DNA from: Sulfuricurvum sp.
GTDB lineage: Bacteria; Campylobacterota; Campylobacteria; Campylobacterales; Sulfurimonadaceae
DNA length: 64,000 bases
Direction of reading: 5' to 3'
Assembly (NCBI RefSeq): GCF_030691015.1
Contig: NZ_JAUYFF010000013.1
Span: forward strand, 4,638 to 68,637
Shown one piece after another: positions 20,572 through 30,169 of this stretch. The notes under the pieces were generated by a model that saw only the letters and a list, made by a program, of their open reading frames with translations, was not told the origin of the DNA and did no database searches. The number at the start of each line of letters is the position of its first letter. The stretch's first letter is position 1. The translations under genes and the position numbers were made by a program.

Positions 20572-22260
20572 TTATAACTCTGTTTTTAATGCGGCACCGT
20601 TAGAGGCGTTAGAGACGAGGAGGCTGTAGCGCTTAAGCCATTTTGATGTGATCTCTTTTTTGATCGGCTTCCAATGCAAACGTCGCTGTTCCAACACTTC
20701 ATAACTCACATTGAGCTGCAAGAGATGGCTATCAACATCGAGTTCGATCTCATCACCGTCTTCGATAAGTGCGATGAGACCTCCCTCTGCCGCTTCGGGA
20801 CTGACATGACCGATCGAGGCACCGCGAGTCGCACCGCTAAAACGTCCATCCGTGATGAGCGCAACGCTCTCCCCAAGTCCCATCCCCATAATAAGCGCCG
20901 TAGGGGCGAGCATCTCTTGCATCCCCGGACCCCCTTTAGGACCTTCATAGCGGATAACGACGACATCACCCGCTTTTACTTTATGAGACATAATTCCGGC
21001 GATGGCTTCATTTTGAGAGTTAAAACAAACGGCAGAACCTTTGAATTGTCGCATATTAGGGGTAATCCCCGCTGTTTTAACGACGGCGCCCTCTTCGGCG
21101 AGATTTCCGAAAAGAATCGACAAACCTCCCACTGGAGAGTAGGCATTTTCATTAGTATGGATGATATTAGTATCTTTGATCACCGCATCTTTGATCCGCT
21201 CTCCTAATGTCTCACCCGTGATCGTCATCGCATCCAATTCTAACACACCACCTCGTCGGCTCACCTCTTTCATAACGGCATTCACGCCGCCTGCACGATT
21301 GATATCATCCATGTGTACCGTCGATAATGAGGGAGATATTTTCGCGATATGGGCTACTTTTTCAGAGATTTCATTGATCTTCGTAATATCGAAATCAACC
21401 TCTGCCTCTTTGGCGATACTGAGCAAATGGAGAACCGTATTAGAACTTCCCCCCATTGCCATATCGATAACAAAAGCATTGTGAATCGCTTTATCATTCA
21501 AAATATTACGCATATTCCATTTTTGAGCATTTTCATCTTTGACCATCTCGACGATACGGCGTGCCGCCGTCTTAACCATCTCGATACGTTCGGGCGTCAT
21601 AGCGAGAACCGTACCGTTACCCGGCAAGGCAACGCCCATCGCTTCGCAGAGGGTATTCATCGAGTTGGCGGTAAACATCCCCGAACAGCTTCCGCCGCTT
21701 GGACACGCTTCACACTCAATCTCATACAGTTCTTCATCCGACATTTTCCCATCGGCGTGTTGTCCAACCGCTTCAAACGCGGTTGCCAAATCGATCGGGG
21801 TACCGTCTTTTTTATGCCCGGCCTTCATCGGTCCGCCTGAGACGAAAATCGTCGGCACATTAACGCGCAATGCCCCCATCAACATCCCCGGAACAATCTT
21901 GTCACAATTCGGAATACAGATAAGACCGTCGAGTTTATGGGCATTCATCACCGTCTCGATACAATCCGCGATCAACTCACGGCTAGGAAGGGAGTAAAGC
22001 ATCCCATCGTGTCCCATCGCGATACCGTCATCGACACCGATGGTATTAAACTCAAAAGGGACTCCCCCCGCTTCGCGGATTGCCTCTTTTACGATTCGTC
22101 CGTACTCTTGAAGGAAAAAATGTCCCGGAATAATATCGATATGAGAGTTTGCCACCCCGATAAACGGTTTGTCAAAATCTTCGTCTTTAAGTCCGGTTGC
22201 TCGGAGTAAACTTCGGTGAGGAGTTTTATCAAATCCCCGTTTAATGGTATCACTGCGCAT
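20572..22260 (-). CDS. ilvD: Dihydroxy-acid dehydratase
   Basis: 562 aa with IlvD/Edd signatures [18 protein letters not shown]-like [25 protein letters not shown]. Confidence 0.95.
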   Translation of the reverse strand: MRSDTIKRGFDKTPHRSLLRATGLKDEDFDKPFIGVANSHIDIIPGHFFLQEYGRIVKEAIREAGGVPFEFNTIGVDDGIAMGHDGMLYSLPSRELIADCIETVMNAHKLDGLICIPNCDKIVPGMLMGALRVNVPTIFVSGGPMKAGHKKDGTPIDLATAFEAVGQHADGKMSDEELYEIECEACPSGGSCSGMFTANSMNTLCEAMGVALPGNGTVLAMTPERIEMVKTAARRIVEMVKDENAQKWNMRNILNDKAIHNAFVIDMAMGGSSNTVLHLLSIAKEAEVDFDITKINEISEKVAHIAKISPSLSTVHMDDINRAGGVNAVMKEVSRRGGVLELDAMTITGETLGERIKDAVIKDTNIIHTNENAYSPVGGLSILFGNLAEEGAVVKTAGITPNMRQFKGSAVCFNSQNEAIAGIMSHKVKAGDVVVIRYEGPKGGPGMQEMLAPTALIMGMGLGESVALITDGRFSGATRGASIGHVSPEAAEGGLIALIEDGDEIELDVDSHLLQLNVSYEVLEQRRLHWKPIKKEITSKWLKRYSLLVSNASNGAALKTEL

Positions 22261-22375
22261 TTTTATCCTTTATATCTCGTCATTCCCGTGAAGATGGAAA
22301 TCTAACTCATAATTTTATAATAAAGTGATTATACGGCAAGTTTCTCTAAAAACTCTTTACACACACTAAAAATTT

Positions 22376-22384
22376 TGATATACT
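22376..22384 (+). promoter_or_regulatory. Extended -10 promoter candidate for tRNA-Gly
   Basis: TGaTATACT at 22376-22384, 19 nt upstream of the tRNA 5' end. Confidence 0.35.
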
Positions 22385-22403
22385 TCCAGTCCACAAAAAC
22401 AAT

Positions 22404-22478
22404 GCGGGAATAGCTCAGTGGTAGAGCACAACCTTGCCAAGGTTGGGGTCGCGAGTTCGAACCTCGTTTCCCGCTCCA
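22404..22478 (+). tRNA. tRNA-Gly (anticodon GCC)
   Basis: Hand-folded cloverleaf. Acceptor GCGGGAA/TTCCCGC, anticodon loop CTTGCCAAG, T-arm GCGAGTTCGAACCTCGT, encoded CCA. Confidence 0.9.
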
Positions 22479-22481
22479 GAA

Positions 22482-22529
22482 TCTCAGTTGAAACATTGCT
22501 TTTTGATGTTTGAACTGAGATGTTTTTTT
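22482..22529 (+). terminator. Rho-independent terminator-like hairpin between tRNA-Gly and tRNA-Leu
   Basis: 15-bp stem TCTCAGTTGAAACAT / ATGTTTGAACTGAGA (one mismatch), 9-nt loop, then TGTTTTTTT. Confidence 0.55.
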
Positions 22530-22538
22530 CTACGTGAA

Positions 22539-22625
22539 GCCCGGATGGCGAAATCGGTAGACGCAAGGGACTTAAAATCCCTCGGTGGTAACACTGTGCC
22601 GGTTCAAGTCCGGCTCCGGGCACCA
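22539..22625 (+). tRNA. tRNA-Leu (anticodon TAA)
   Basis: Acceptor GCCCGGA/TCCGGGC, anticodon loop CTTAAAA, long variable arm, T-loop GGTTCAAGTCC, encoded CCA. Confidence 0.9.
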
Positions 22626-22632
22626 TCATGGT

Positions 22633-22706
22633 GGCGGCATAGCCAAGCGGTAAGGCATGAGCCTGCAAAGCTCTGATCCCCGGTTCGAATCCGGGTGCCG
22701 CCTCCA
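22633..22706 (+). tRNA. tRNA-Cys (anticodon GCA)
   Basis: Acceptor GGCGGCA/TGCCGCC, anticodon loop CTGCAAA, T-loop GGTTCGAATCC, encoded CCA. Confidence 0.9.
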
Positions 22707-22736
22707 GCATAGAAAAAGATAGCTTCATTTTTATAC

Positions 22737-22824
22737 GGGTCACTGGCAGAGTGGTCGATTGCACCGGTCTTGAAAACCGGCGAGGGTTAAACCTCCCAAG
22801 GTTCAAATCCTTGGTGGCCCGCCA
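22737..22824 (+). tRNA. tRNA-Ser (anticodon TGA)
   Basis: Acceptor GGGTCAC/GTGGCCC (one G-U), anticodon loop CTTGAAA, long variable arm, T-loop GGTTCAAATCC, encoded CCA. Confidence 0.85.
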
Positions 22825-22942
22825 TCACAAAACTACATAACTTCCTACCTATCAATTATTTCAAATTCTATTAATCCTAAATTTTTATTTCATTCCATTC
22901 AACTCATGTTATGATTTTCTACTTTCGCTTGAGGAGTAGTGT

Positions 22943-23179
22943 ATGGAAACCCATTTTCAAAACAACCCGTTTAAAGCCTCATTGGATGCCGATAAAGAGT
23001 ATTGGTACTGCACCTGCGGACAATCGAGTACCTTTCCGTTTTGCGACGGAAATCATGAAGGAACCGGCAAAACACCGATCAAATTTTCTGAAGAGGTTGA
23101 AACCGATAGATGGTTATGTCGATGCGGACGATCCGGTCGTAAGCCCTACTGTGACGGATCGCATCAACAGGGAGGCTAA
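22943..23179 (+). CDS. CDGSH iron-sulfur domain protein (two CDGSH motifs)
   Basis: CTCGQSSTFPFCDGNH and CRCGRSGRKPYCDGSH. GAGGAG RBS upstream of the ATG. Confidence 0.85.
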   Translation: METHFQNNPFKASLDADKEYWYCTCGQSSTFPFCDGNHEGTGKTPIKFSEEVETDRWLCRCGRSGRKPYCDGSHQQGG

Positions 23180-24063
23180 AGCAACCTCTCCATCAAATAC
23201 GCGAGCAACGGTAAAGTCACTAATGCCGCAAGTATCCCATACCCTACCAATGCGGCACTAAGTGCCGGAGCAAACCCTGAGGCTATGGCCAATGCACCGG
23301 CAGTAATCATCGAAGGCATCCCCGATTCAAGTACCGCCGTTTTCAGAGCGAGCGGGTCGGTTCCCATCGCAAACAAAATCCCAAAAGCAATAAGGGGCAT
23401 CACTATTAATTTTAGACTCAGTGCTTTTGTAAAAAGGGGATAATCAATATCTCCCCCAAAACGGAGCGAATACCCGACCGATATCAACGCTAAGGGGACA
23501 AGAGTTGAAGAGAGGGTTTGTACATAGGGTTGTATAACAAAAGGGAGTTCCCCCCACGCAAGAGCAAACAGCAAAATCAAAAAAGGGGGAAACAGGAGCA
23601 TCTTTCGGACAATCAGCCGCTTATGAATTTTCCCGCTCTCATATCTCGCAATCACGGCACTTCCATACAACGAGAGGATCAAAAAAGTCCCAAACTGATC
23701 ATACATTAAAACATACGCAATCGCATCTGAGCCGAGTAAGGTCTGAGTAATAGGAATTCCCACGAATGAGGTATTACCAAGCGGCAGGACAAGGAGCAAG
23801 GCGGCGCGGACATGAGAGGGATGATTACGGGTCATCACTATAACGATAGCCACAGTAATCGGTAATAATAGCCAAGGGATCAGCACCACCCCGAATGCCG
23901 ACATATCCAAATGAATCTTCGGAACCTGCAGTAGTACGGTAGCAGGCAAGGAGACATAAATAACAAAAAAATTGAGACTTTTAGCAAAATCTACAGGAGC
24001 AGAACCTCTTTGAAGTGCCATACCGATCAGCAACAAAGCTATGATAAACGCAAACTGCTCCAT
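23176..24063 (-). CDS. AEC (auxin efflux carrier) family transporter
   Basis: 295 aa with about 10 TM helices and a two-half architecture typical of AEC permeases (LPLGNTSFVGIP, MPSMITAGALA). Confidence 0.65.
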   Translation of the reverse strand: MEQFAFIIALLLIGMALQRGSAPVDFAKSLNFFVIYVSLPATVLLQVPKIHLDMSAFGVVLIPWLLLPITVAIVIVMTRNHPSHVRAALLLVLPLGNTSFVGIPITQTLLGSDAIAYVLMYDQFGTFLILSLYGSAVIARYESGKIHKRLIVRKMLLFPPFLILLFALAWGELPFVIQPYVQTLSSTLVPLALISVGYSLRFGGDIDYPLFTKALSLKLIVMPLIAFGILFAMGTDPLALKTAVLESGMPSMITAGALAIASGFAPALSAALVGYGILAALVTLPLLAYLMERLL

Positions 24064-24127
24064 TTCCTACTCCGATTTTAATTACCGCAATAGTAGTCAC
24101 AACCCCCTTTCAATCCTCTAAAAAATC

Positions 24128-24430
24128 TTAGCAGCACTGATACTCGCAGTTTTTCATTAATTCAAGACCTATCGTATGTTGGCTCTCCTCAAATAGCTCT
24201 TCGATATAAAAAACAGACGCGCAAACATGGTAGAGAACTTTTTCATCGGATTGTTTCTCATGGTAGCTTTGGGGTATTTTTTCTTTAAATACCTCCCAAA
24301 AACGGTTGTTGTATTTTTCATCCTCCGTCACTTCAATAATGGCGTCTATCACTTCGGTCGCATGCTTATAACAGTCGATATTCATAAAAGTGACATATCT
24401 ATCCACTGTTTCTTTGTTCTCGTGTTCCAT
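24128..24430 (-). CDS. Small acidic protein ending in CC; possible CowN-like (N2-fixation sustaining) protein
   Basis: 100 aa. The N-terminal DRYVTFMNIDC resembles, from memory, the DRYVSFKGIDC start of CowN proteins. Not verifiable here. Confidence 0.35.
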   Translation of the reverse strand: MEHENKETVDRYVTFMNIDCYKHATEVIDAIIEVTEDEKYNNRFWEVFKEKIPQSYHEKQSDEKVLYHVCASVFYIEELFEESQHTIGLELMKNCEYQCC

Positions 24431-24586
24431 CGTTTCCCCTCATCTCATGTGAGAGAATTGTATAGCAGATACGAGAGAACAATGTCCGTTTATACTGGAA
24501 AAATTGCTCATTTCTGTCTAAAAAAAAGGCATGAGTGATTAATCATCCAAACGGTACAATTACCTATTGAGAAAAAAAGGGATATT

Positions 24587-25501
24587 ATGCCGCATCATCA
24601 CACTTCCCCTAAGGTATCCTTTACGACGATACTCAAATGGCAATTCTCTAAATCTTTTCGAAAACGGCGCACAGATCGATCTAACCTCCCCATCCTCTCT
24701 CAAGAAGCTCTTCCTGAGGGCGAATATGCTCTCTGGCTCGGACATGCATCGCTGTGGCTTAAAGTGGGAGAAACAACGGTAGCCGTCGATCCTGTTTTAG
24801 GAAATATCCCCCTCTACCGACGGCATAGCCCTCTTCCAATCCCAAAAGAACGCCTGCGTGCTGATGTAATCCTCATCACCCATGCCCACTATGACCATTA
24901 TGATAAATCTTCCGTTTTATTTTTATTGCAACAAAATCCAAATACGATCATTGTTGCCCCCGCTGGATTTTGGCGCTATCTCAAAGGAAAAATAGCCCGC
25001 GAACGGTGTTTTGAATTGGAGTGGTGGGAATCGGTTATGGTAGGAGAACTCTTCATCACCTTTGTCCCCTCAAAACATTGGAGCAATCGTACAAATATCG
25101 ATATGAATAAAGCATTATGGGGGGGATACGTCATCCAAAATAATAATCACACGCTCTATCATAGCGGTGACAGTGCGATGGGCGAGCATTTTAAAGAGAT
25201 AAAAGAGAGATTTGATATCAATGAAGCGTTTTTACCGATCGGAGCGTACCGACCTGAGCCGATCATGCGCCATTTTCATATTTCACCCCTCGAAGCACTC
25301 CAAGCAGCACACGATTTAGGAGCGAAAACTCTGATCCCGATTCATTATGGAACATTCAAACTCGCTGATGATACTTTAGATGAACCGATCGAATGGTTTG
25401 AAAAGCTGATCGGTACAAAAAAGTATCCCTTTGAATCTAAAATCCTCCGTGTCGGAGAGATTTATCGTTTTAAAACGACATCCACATTCAAATCAACCTG
25501 A
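24587..25501 (+). CDS. MBL-fold metallo-hydrolase (NAPE-PLD-like)
   Basis: ITHAHYDHYD (HxHxDH), HSGDS, and IPIHYGTF at the C-terminus. Confidence 0.8.
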   Translation: MPHHHTSPKVSFTTILKWQFSKSFRKRRTDRSNLPILSQEALPEGEYALWLGHASLWLKVGETTVAVDPVLGNIPLYRRHSPLPIPKERLRADVILITHAHYDHYDKSSVLFLLQQNPNTIIVAPAGFWRYLKGKIARERCFELEWWESVMVGELFITFVPSKHWSNRTNIDMNKALWGGYVIQNNNHTLYHSGDSAMGEHFKEIKERFDINEAFLPIGAYRPEPIMRHFHISPLEALQAAHDLGAKTLIPIHYGTFKLADDTLDEPIEWFEKLIGTKKYPFESKILRVGEIYRFKTTSTFKST

Positions 25502-25992
25502 TCGCGTACGACTAAAAAAACCATTTTCGGCGGAGTGATCCCAAAATCGGTCATTTTCATACTGCTTTTGACTTTGATACGGACTTTTGACGCTTCTTCG
25601 CTAACCGTCCCCTCAAAACTCATCGGTTTCGTAACACCGTGGAGATTCATTGCCCCTTTGAGGATGACGTTATCTCCCCCTTTAACCACAACCTCTTTGA
25701 CTTCAAACACCGCTTTAGGGAAAGTAGATGATTCCAATGTCTCTTGCATATTGGTATCACGCTTTTTATTATCACTAATCAAATCAGACATAGAGATTTC
25801 AATCGTCCCTTTTAACGTTGCGGGAGCCGCATCCATTGACAAATGCGATGTTGCTTTTTTTGCAGTCGGATCAATCGAGCTGTCTCCGAATACTTCGGTA
25901 TGTGCTTTTATACTTCCCGATTCAAAGCTCAAATTCCCCGCAAACGCAGAAGTAGCCAATAAAACCGCCGCCAAACTCACTATTTTTTTCAT
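25462..25992 (-). CDS. YceI-family periplasmic (polyisoprenoid/lipid-binding) protein
   Basis: Signal peptide MKKIVSLAAVLLATSAFA. YceI-like SDNKKRDTNMQETLESSTFPKAVF, LHGVTKPM. Confidence 0.8.
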   Translation of the reverse strand: MKKIVSLAAVLLATSAFAGNLSFESGSIKAHTEVFGDSSIDPTAKKATSHLSMDAAPATLKGTIEISMSDLISDNKKRDTNMQETLESSTFPKAVFEVKEVVVKGGDNVILKGAMNLHGVTKPMSFEGTVSEEASKVRIKVKSSMKMTDFGITPPKMVFLVVRDQVDLNVDVVLKR

Positions 25993-26942
25993 GTCAATCT
26001 CCTAAAATAAAATGGGTATACCAATGCAAAAAGAGTTAGAATAACTGCCGCTATCCAAATCTCATTGTGCAAAGCAATGCCGTTAGCTGCCGATGCCGCT
26101 ATCCAGCCGACACCGACCATCGATAATCCGATAAGACGTATATCCGCCAAACGTATCAGCGCTTGAAACAACAAAACATTATAATACGAAATGGCAATCG
26201 GATAGACAATAGCCAACAAAATCGGCTCTTCTATCCAATACAAAAGATAGCTCAGGACAAATAGAACCCAAATAAGACGGGTTTGGCTCATCAGCTCGCC
26301 TCCATAGCGAAAGGCGGCATAGACTCCCGCTAAATGGGCGGTGATAATAAGCAGTGTATACTGACTCCAAATATCCATACTTCCCGATCGGCTAAGGGTC
26401 TCAAAGAGTGCCGAATCGGCAAAAATCCAAAGCATCATCACCCCGAGCGTCGGCCAATGAAACGGTTTTTTTTCACTGGTGCGTGTCGATTTAAGCTTGG
26501 CAAAATATAACGCGACAATGGAGATAAAAGGAAAAAGAATCGCAATACTGCCGCGCGCTTCAAACGGATAGGTATAAAGAGCCGTTCCCACCGCATAGGA
26601 AATGGCCATCCCTACAGATAGCTGTAGCTTGCTCTGAGACTTGAAAATATACAGAAGCAACGGCGTTGTGTAACCGACGACAAAACCAAGCGCCAAGAGC
26701 ATTCCCAGCGAGTAGTTGGGATAAAACCATGAAATCATGATCTGAATACCGAATAAAAACGAAAGCTCATGTTTCAGCGCGTGATGACGCCAAAATGCAC
26801 TGAACAGTGCCCCTATCACTCCGCCGATGGGGAGGGTAAAGAGGTCGTGGATATGGGAATCAAATACTCCCACGACTCCCGTTTGTGCAATAAGGAGATA
26901 ATAAAGAAGCTGTGAGCTGAGGACAATGACGAGAAGATTCAC
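25989..26942 (-). CDS. Polytopic membrane protein (about 10 TM), unknown function
   Basis: 317 aa and hydrophobic throughout. 4-bp start/stop overlaps with both neighbours. Confidence 0.6.
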   Translation of the reverse strand: MNLLVIVLSSQLLYYLLIAQTGVVGVFDSHIHDLFTLPIGGVIGALFSAFWRHHALKHELSFLFGIQIMISWFYPNYSLGMLLALGFVVGYTTPLLLYIFKSQSKLQLSVGMAISYAVGTALYTYPFEARGSIAILFPFISIVALYFAKLKSTRTSEKKPFHWPTLGVMMLWIFADSALFETLSRSGSMDIWSQYTLLIITAHLAGVYAAFRYGGELMSQTRLIWVLFVLSYLLYWIEEPILLAIVYPIAISYYNVLLFQALIRLADIRLIGLSMVGVGWIAASAANGIALHNEIWIAAVILTLFALVYPFYFRRLT

Positions 26943-28501
26943 TCTTTACCTCGCAATACCAGCCAATAAAACAGGGCAAATAGCCCATCATAAAATCCCA
27001 CTAAAAGGGCAATTCCATCCATGGCACCCGCCATATAAAGTGCGACAAATACGGAAGCACAGAGGGCACGCACACTCGCGCTAAGTTCTGCAAAGCGGTG
27101 CGGATCGCTGTGGATTCCATACCAGTGCATCAATCCCGTCCCGATCATAAAAGTAAATACAATATACTCATACGTTCCGCTAAAGCTAAATCCCAGCAAA
27201 GGAAAAAGTGCCGCACCGCCGAGGATAAGGATTACCCCGCCCCCCGCATCACTCAAAAAACCGCTTAAATGGTAAAACTTCAGCGGTGAATCGAGACGGA
27301 ATCGAAGCCTCTCATAGGTAATCCAAAGTACCATTCCCACAAGTAACGCACCGATCAACGCTCTAAGGCTCAAGAAAGGCTCTACCACCCCGCTAAATCC
27401 TCCCGCTTCGATAATCCCTGCTATCGTGAGGGCAAGTGCCATCAGCGCCATCAACACCGTCCAAATCACCGCATACACACGACGGAACAGATTAGGCAAA
27501 AGATAATGCAAAATTGCGAGACCCATAAATGCCACCCCAAGCCCCATCGCGATATGAGCATGCCCCACTACCAAATCGTTACGGTGGATCAAAGCGCGGA
27601 TTTCAGGGATAAAGAGAAAATTCCCCTGAAGATCGACAAAAACAAAAGCACCGATGGAGAGAATCAGATACGGGTTTGTTTTAAAGTTCACCCCCGCATC
27701 ACGTAACCATACCCATAACAAAGGGAGGTACAACAGCGTTAAATACTGAAAAAACCACTCTTCACTGTAGCTCAAACTGTGAAAAAAATTACGGATAATG
27801 AGCGAGAGGGCATAGCCTGTGAGAGGAACGATCCACAACCAATGCCAGCGGGGTTTAAACTCCCCTGAGCCTACCAGCTTGATGAGAAGATAATAGATCG
27901 GGACCAGGGTAAAACTCATCCCCAAGGTATTATCCCCATGCGGCCCCACAAGGGTCTGCTCCACCTGACCGTAATCAGGGTTCATCAATACCACCAACGC
28001 GATGGGTGCTGCGATAACCGCCACAAGCGAGACATTAACCCACAAAGGGCGTTTTTCATAGCGGCGCAAGGCATCCACGAGGGCGAGGAGATAAAACAGA
28101 CCGCTAAAAGCGAGGAGAAAATTGAGCTGATAGGGGAAATCGTAAAACGGCAATCCCCGAATATTTCCAAACAACAATGCCATAGACATAAAGAGTAAAA
28201 AGAGGTTCCAAACAACGAAATAGCGGCGCAAATGCCCAATTGCCGTTTCGGACAGTACCCCCTCTTTTTGAAATAGGGCAAAGGGGAGCAGCGAGAGGAT
28301 CAACGGAAAAAATCCGTACAGCATCTGCGAGATATGAAGCGATCGTGCACGCTCGGGAGAGAGGAGTGTCATGGAACCGTCCAATCCCACCATCTCTACC
28401 GCATAGACCAACCCCGCAAAAAGTCCGAGAATCAGCCACAAAAAGGCGAGGGGAAGCTCATCATTTATGAATTTGTTTAACAATGCCATCCTCCATCTCA
28501 A
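26939..28501 (-). CDS. Heme-copper-oxidase subunit I (CcoN/NorB)-like polytopic membrane protein lacking the CuB His-His pair
   Basis: 520 aa with at least 12 TM. RSLHISQMLYGFF (TM2-type His), VGPHGDNTLGM, and VVGHAHIAMGLGV (HxH like the TM10 heme ligands GHVHxGALG of CcoN). No HH dipeptide anywhere. The start may be 28489. Confidence 0.45.
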   Translation of the reverse strand: MRWRMALLNKFINDELPLAFLWLILGLFAGLVYAVEMVGLDGSMTLLSPERARSLHISQMLYGFFPLILSLLPFALFQKEGVLSETAIGHLRRYFVVWNLFLLFMSMALLFGNIRGLPFYDFPYQLNFLLAFSGLFYLLALVDALRRYEKRPLWVNVSLVAVIAAPIALVVLMNPDYGQVEQTLVGPHGDNTLGMSFTLVPIYYLLIKLVGSGEFKPRWHWLWIVPLTGYALSLIIRNFFHSLSYSEEWFFQYLTLLYLPLLWVWLRDAGVNFKTNPYLILSIGAFVFVDLQGNFLFIPEIRALIHRNDLVVGHAHIAMGLGVAFMGLAILHYLLPNLFRRVYAVIWTVLMALMALALTIAGIIEAGGFSGVVEPFLSLRALIGALLVGMVLWITYERLRFRLDSPLKFYHLSGFLSDAGGGVILILGGAALFPLLGFSFSGTYEYIVFTFMIGTGLMHWYGIHSDPHRFAELSASVRALCASVFVALYMAGAMDGIALLVGFYDGLFALFYWLVLRGKE

Positions 28502-29093
28502 TAATAACGTCTGCGTAGTCGGCTATCTTTTTATCATGCGATGCTACGACAAATCCTGTTCCTGCGCGCGAAAACTCTCTAAATAATTCATACACCCCAA
28601 GTGCATTTTTACTGTCCAAATTCCCTGTCGGCTCATCCGCAAATACGACTGAGGGATGATTGATCAAGGCTCTGGCGATCGCGGCACGCTGACGCTCTCC
28701 TCCTGAGACCTCATCACTGTAGCGTTTACCCAGCCGCTCAATCCCCAGGCTTCCCATCAACGGATCGATCAATGTCGCATCCAATGCCGCCAACGCAATA
28801 TTTTCACGTAATGTCAAATAGGAGATAAGATAGTGAAACTGAAATACAAACCCTATGTTATGCTGACGAAAATGGTCAATGTTTCCGAGTTCATTCAATA
28901 GCTTACCGTCATATCGGACGCTTCCTAATGAGGGCTGAAGCAGCGTTGAGAGAATAGAGAGAACGGTTGTTTTCCCGCTTCCGCTCTCCCCGATAATGGC
29001 GGTAAAACTTCCCGGTAGAATCTCGATATCAACACCGTTCAATACTTTTTCATGGCCGTAAAAATGTTCCAGCCCACGTGCCTCGATTTTCAT
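28461..29093 (-). CDS. ABC transporter ATP-binding protein (MacB/LolD type)
   Basis: Walker A GESGSGKTT, signature VSGGERQR, Walker B VVFADEPTGNLD. Confidence 0.9.
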   Translation of the reverse strand: MKIEARGLEHFYGHEKVLNGVDIEILPGSFTAIIGESGSGKTTVLSILSTLLQPSLGSVRYDGKLLNELGNIDHFRQHNIGFVFQFHYLISYLTLRENIALAALDATLIDPLMGSLGIERLGKRYSDEVSGGERQRAAIARALINHPSVVFADEPTGNLDSKNALGVYELFREFSRAGTGFVVASHDKKIADYADVIIEMEDGIVKQIHK

Positions 29094-30169
29094 GCGCCAC
29101 CTCTTTGAATCAGACTCATCGGGTCGATACGGGAAGCATACACGGCAGGGAGCAAGGTTCCGAATAATGCCATCGTAACGGAGACGATAAAGACCTTAAT
29201 CATCAACGCTGCGGTTATCTCACCGTTGATGTAACCCTGAAACTTATCGGCATGCTCGATCATCTCCAAAATACCCAGCGAAGCCCCAAGGGCCACCGCA
29301 TAGGCGAGAATCGCGATAATCAACGTCTCACTTAAAAGCTTCACAATAATCGTTGTCGAAGAGAGCCCGATGGAACGCATAATGCCAAACTCCCCCTTAC
29401 GGTCATTCACCACCATACTCATCATGCTCACAATCCCCAGTATTCCCATCAAAAAGGCCATAGCTCCGATCACATCGGAACTGGTTTTGATGATCTTGAA
29501 CTGATTGTACGAATCGATAAAGCTCTCGGTCGTTTTTGCCTCAATGTCAGAGCTCAGGCTGTTGATCTGCTTAACAATCCCCTCGCTTTTCCCGAGGTCG
29601 TCCAAGCTGATCAAAAAGATAGAGGCACTTTTATGAAACAGTTCTCCCGCATCGGTGAGATTCATAACAACCCCGCCGTCTTCAAATCCGATACGGCTTT
29701 TAAAGACACCGCTTACGACAAACGTTTTTTTGGAAAGGACGATTTTAGTCGGTTTTTTGAGCGTTTCATAGATTTTTGATCCCAGCATTACTTCGCCCGA
29801 TTTAGGATAGGTACCTTGTTTGAGGAGATAGCTTTTATACCTGTTCTCGCTTGCTCCGTATATTCCGACAATCGGAAGAGGATCAACTGGTGCGGCACCC
29901 AAAATCAACGCGCTCGCCTCTTTAACCCCCTCCATCTTTTCTATAGAAACACTGAGAGAACGGTTAATATCACTGAAAAAAGTATCGGCAATCCCTTTTT
30001 GAGTGACAATAATATCACCGTCGGTTTTGAGCATTGCACTGTACATACTCACTACGCCACCCGAAATAGCGCTGATAAGAAAGATAGCGGCAATCGATAC
30101 GCTCATGCTGATAAAAATAAGGGCGGTTTTAAACCGGTTTTTACGAAGAGCTTTGATCGGTGTAATCAC
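29090..30169 (-). CDS. ABC transporter permease, FtsX/MacB type
   Basis: N-terminal TM, large periplasmic domain, and a C-terminal 3-TM FtsX domain (RKGEFGIMRSIGLSS, ASRIDPMSLIQ). Confidence 0.85.
   Translation of the reverse strand: MITPIKALRKNRFKTALIFISMSVSIAAIFLISAISGGVVSMYSAMLKTDGDIIVTQKGIADTFFSDINRSLSVSIEKMEGVKEASALILGAAPVDPLPIVGIYGASENRYKSYLLKQGTYPKSGEVMLGSKIYETLKKPTKIVLSKKTFVVSGVFKSRIGFEDGGVVMNLTDAGELFHKSASIFLISLDDLGKSEGIVKQINSLSSDIEAKTTESFIDSYNQFKIIKTSSDVIGAMAFLMGILGIVSMMSMVVNDRKGEFGIMRSIGLSSTTIIVKLLSETLIIAILAYAVALGASLGILEMIEHADKFQGYINGEITAALMIKVFIVSVTMALFGTLLPAVYASRIDPMSLIQRGGA

Noticed and set aside
20674-22209. Several long + strand ORFs (up to 177 aa) inside ilvD.
   Set aside because: They are antisense shadow ORFs of a GC3-rich, unmistakable ilvD. 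Their translations are low-complexity and Arg/Ser-rich with no motifs.
22366-22806. A 146-aa minus ORF and an 80-aa plus ORF spanning the tRNA cluster.
   Set aside because: They overlap four well-folded tRNA genes, so the open frames are incidental.
22825-25501. A genomic island inserted at the tRNA-Ser 3' end.
   Set aside because: There is no integrase, no repeat of the tRNA 3' end and no obvious compositional break. The genes look like ordinary small chromosomal genes.
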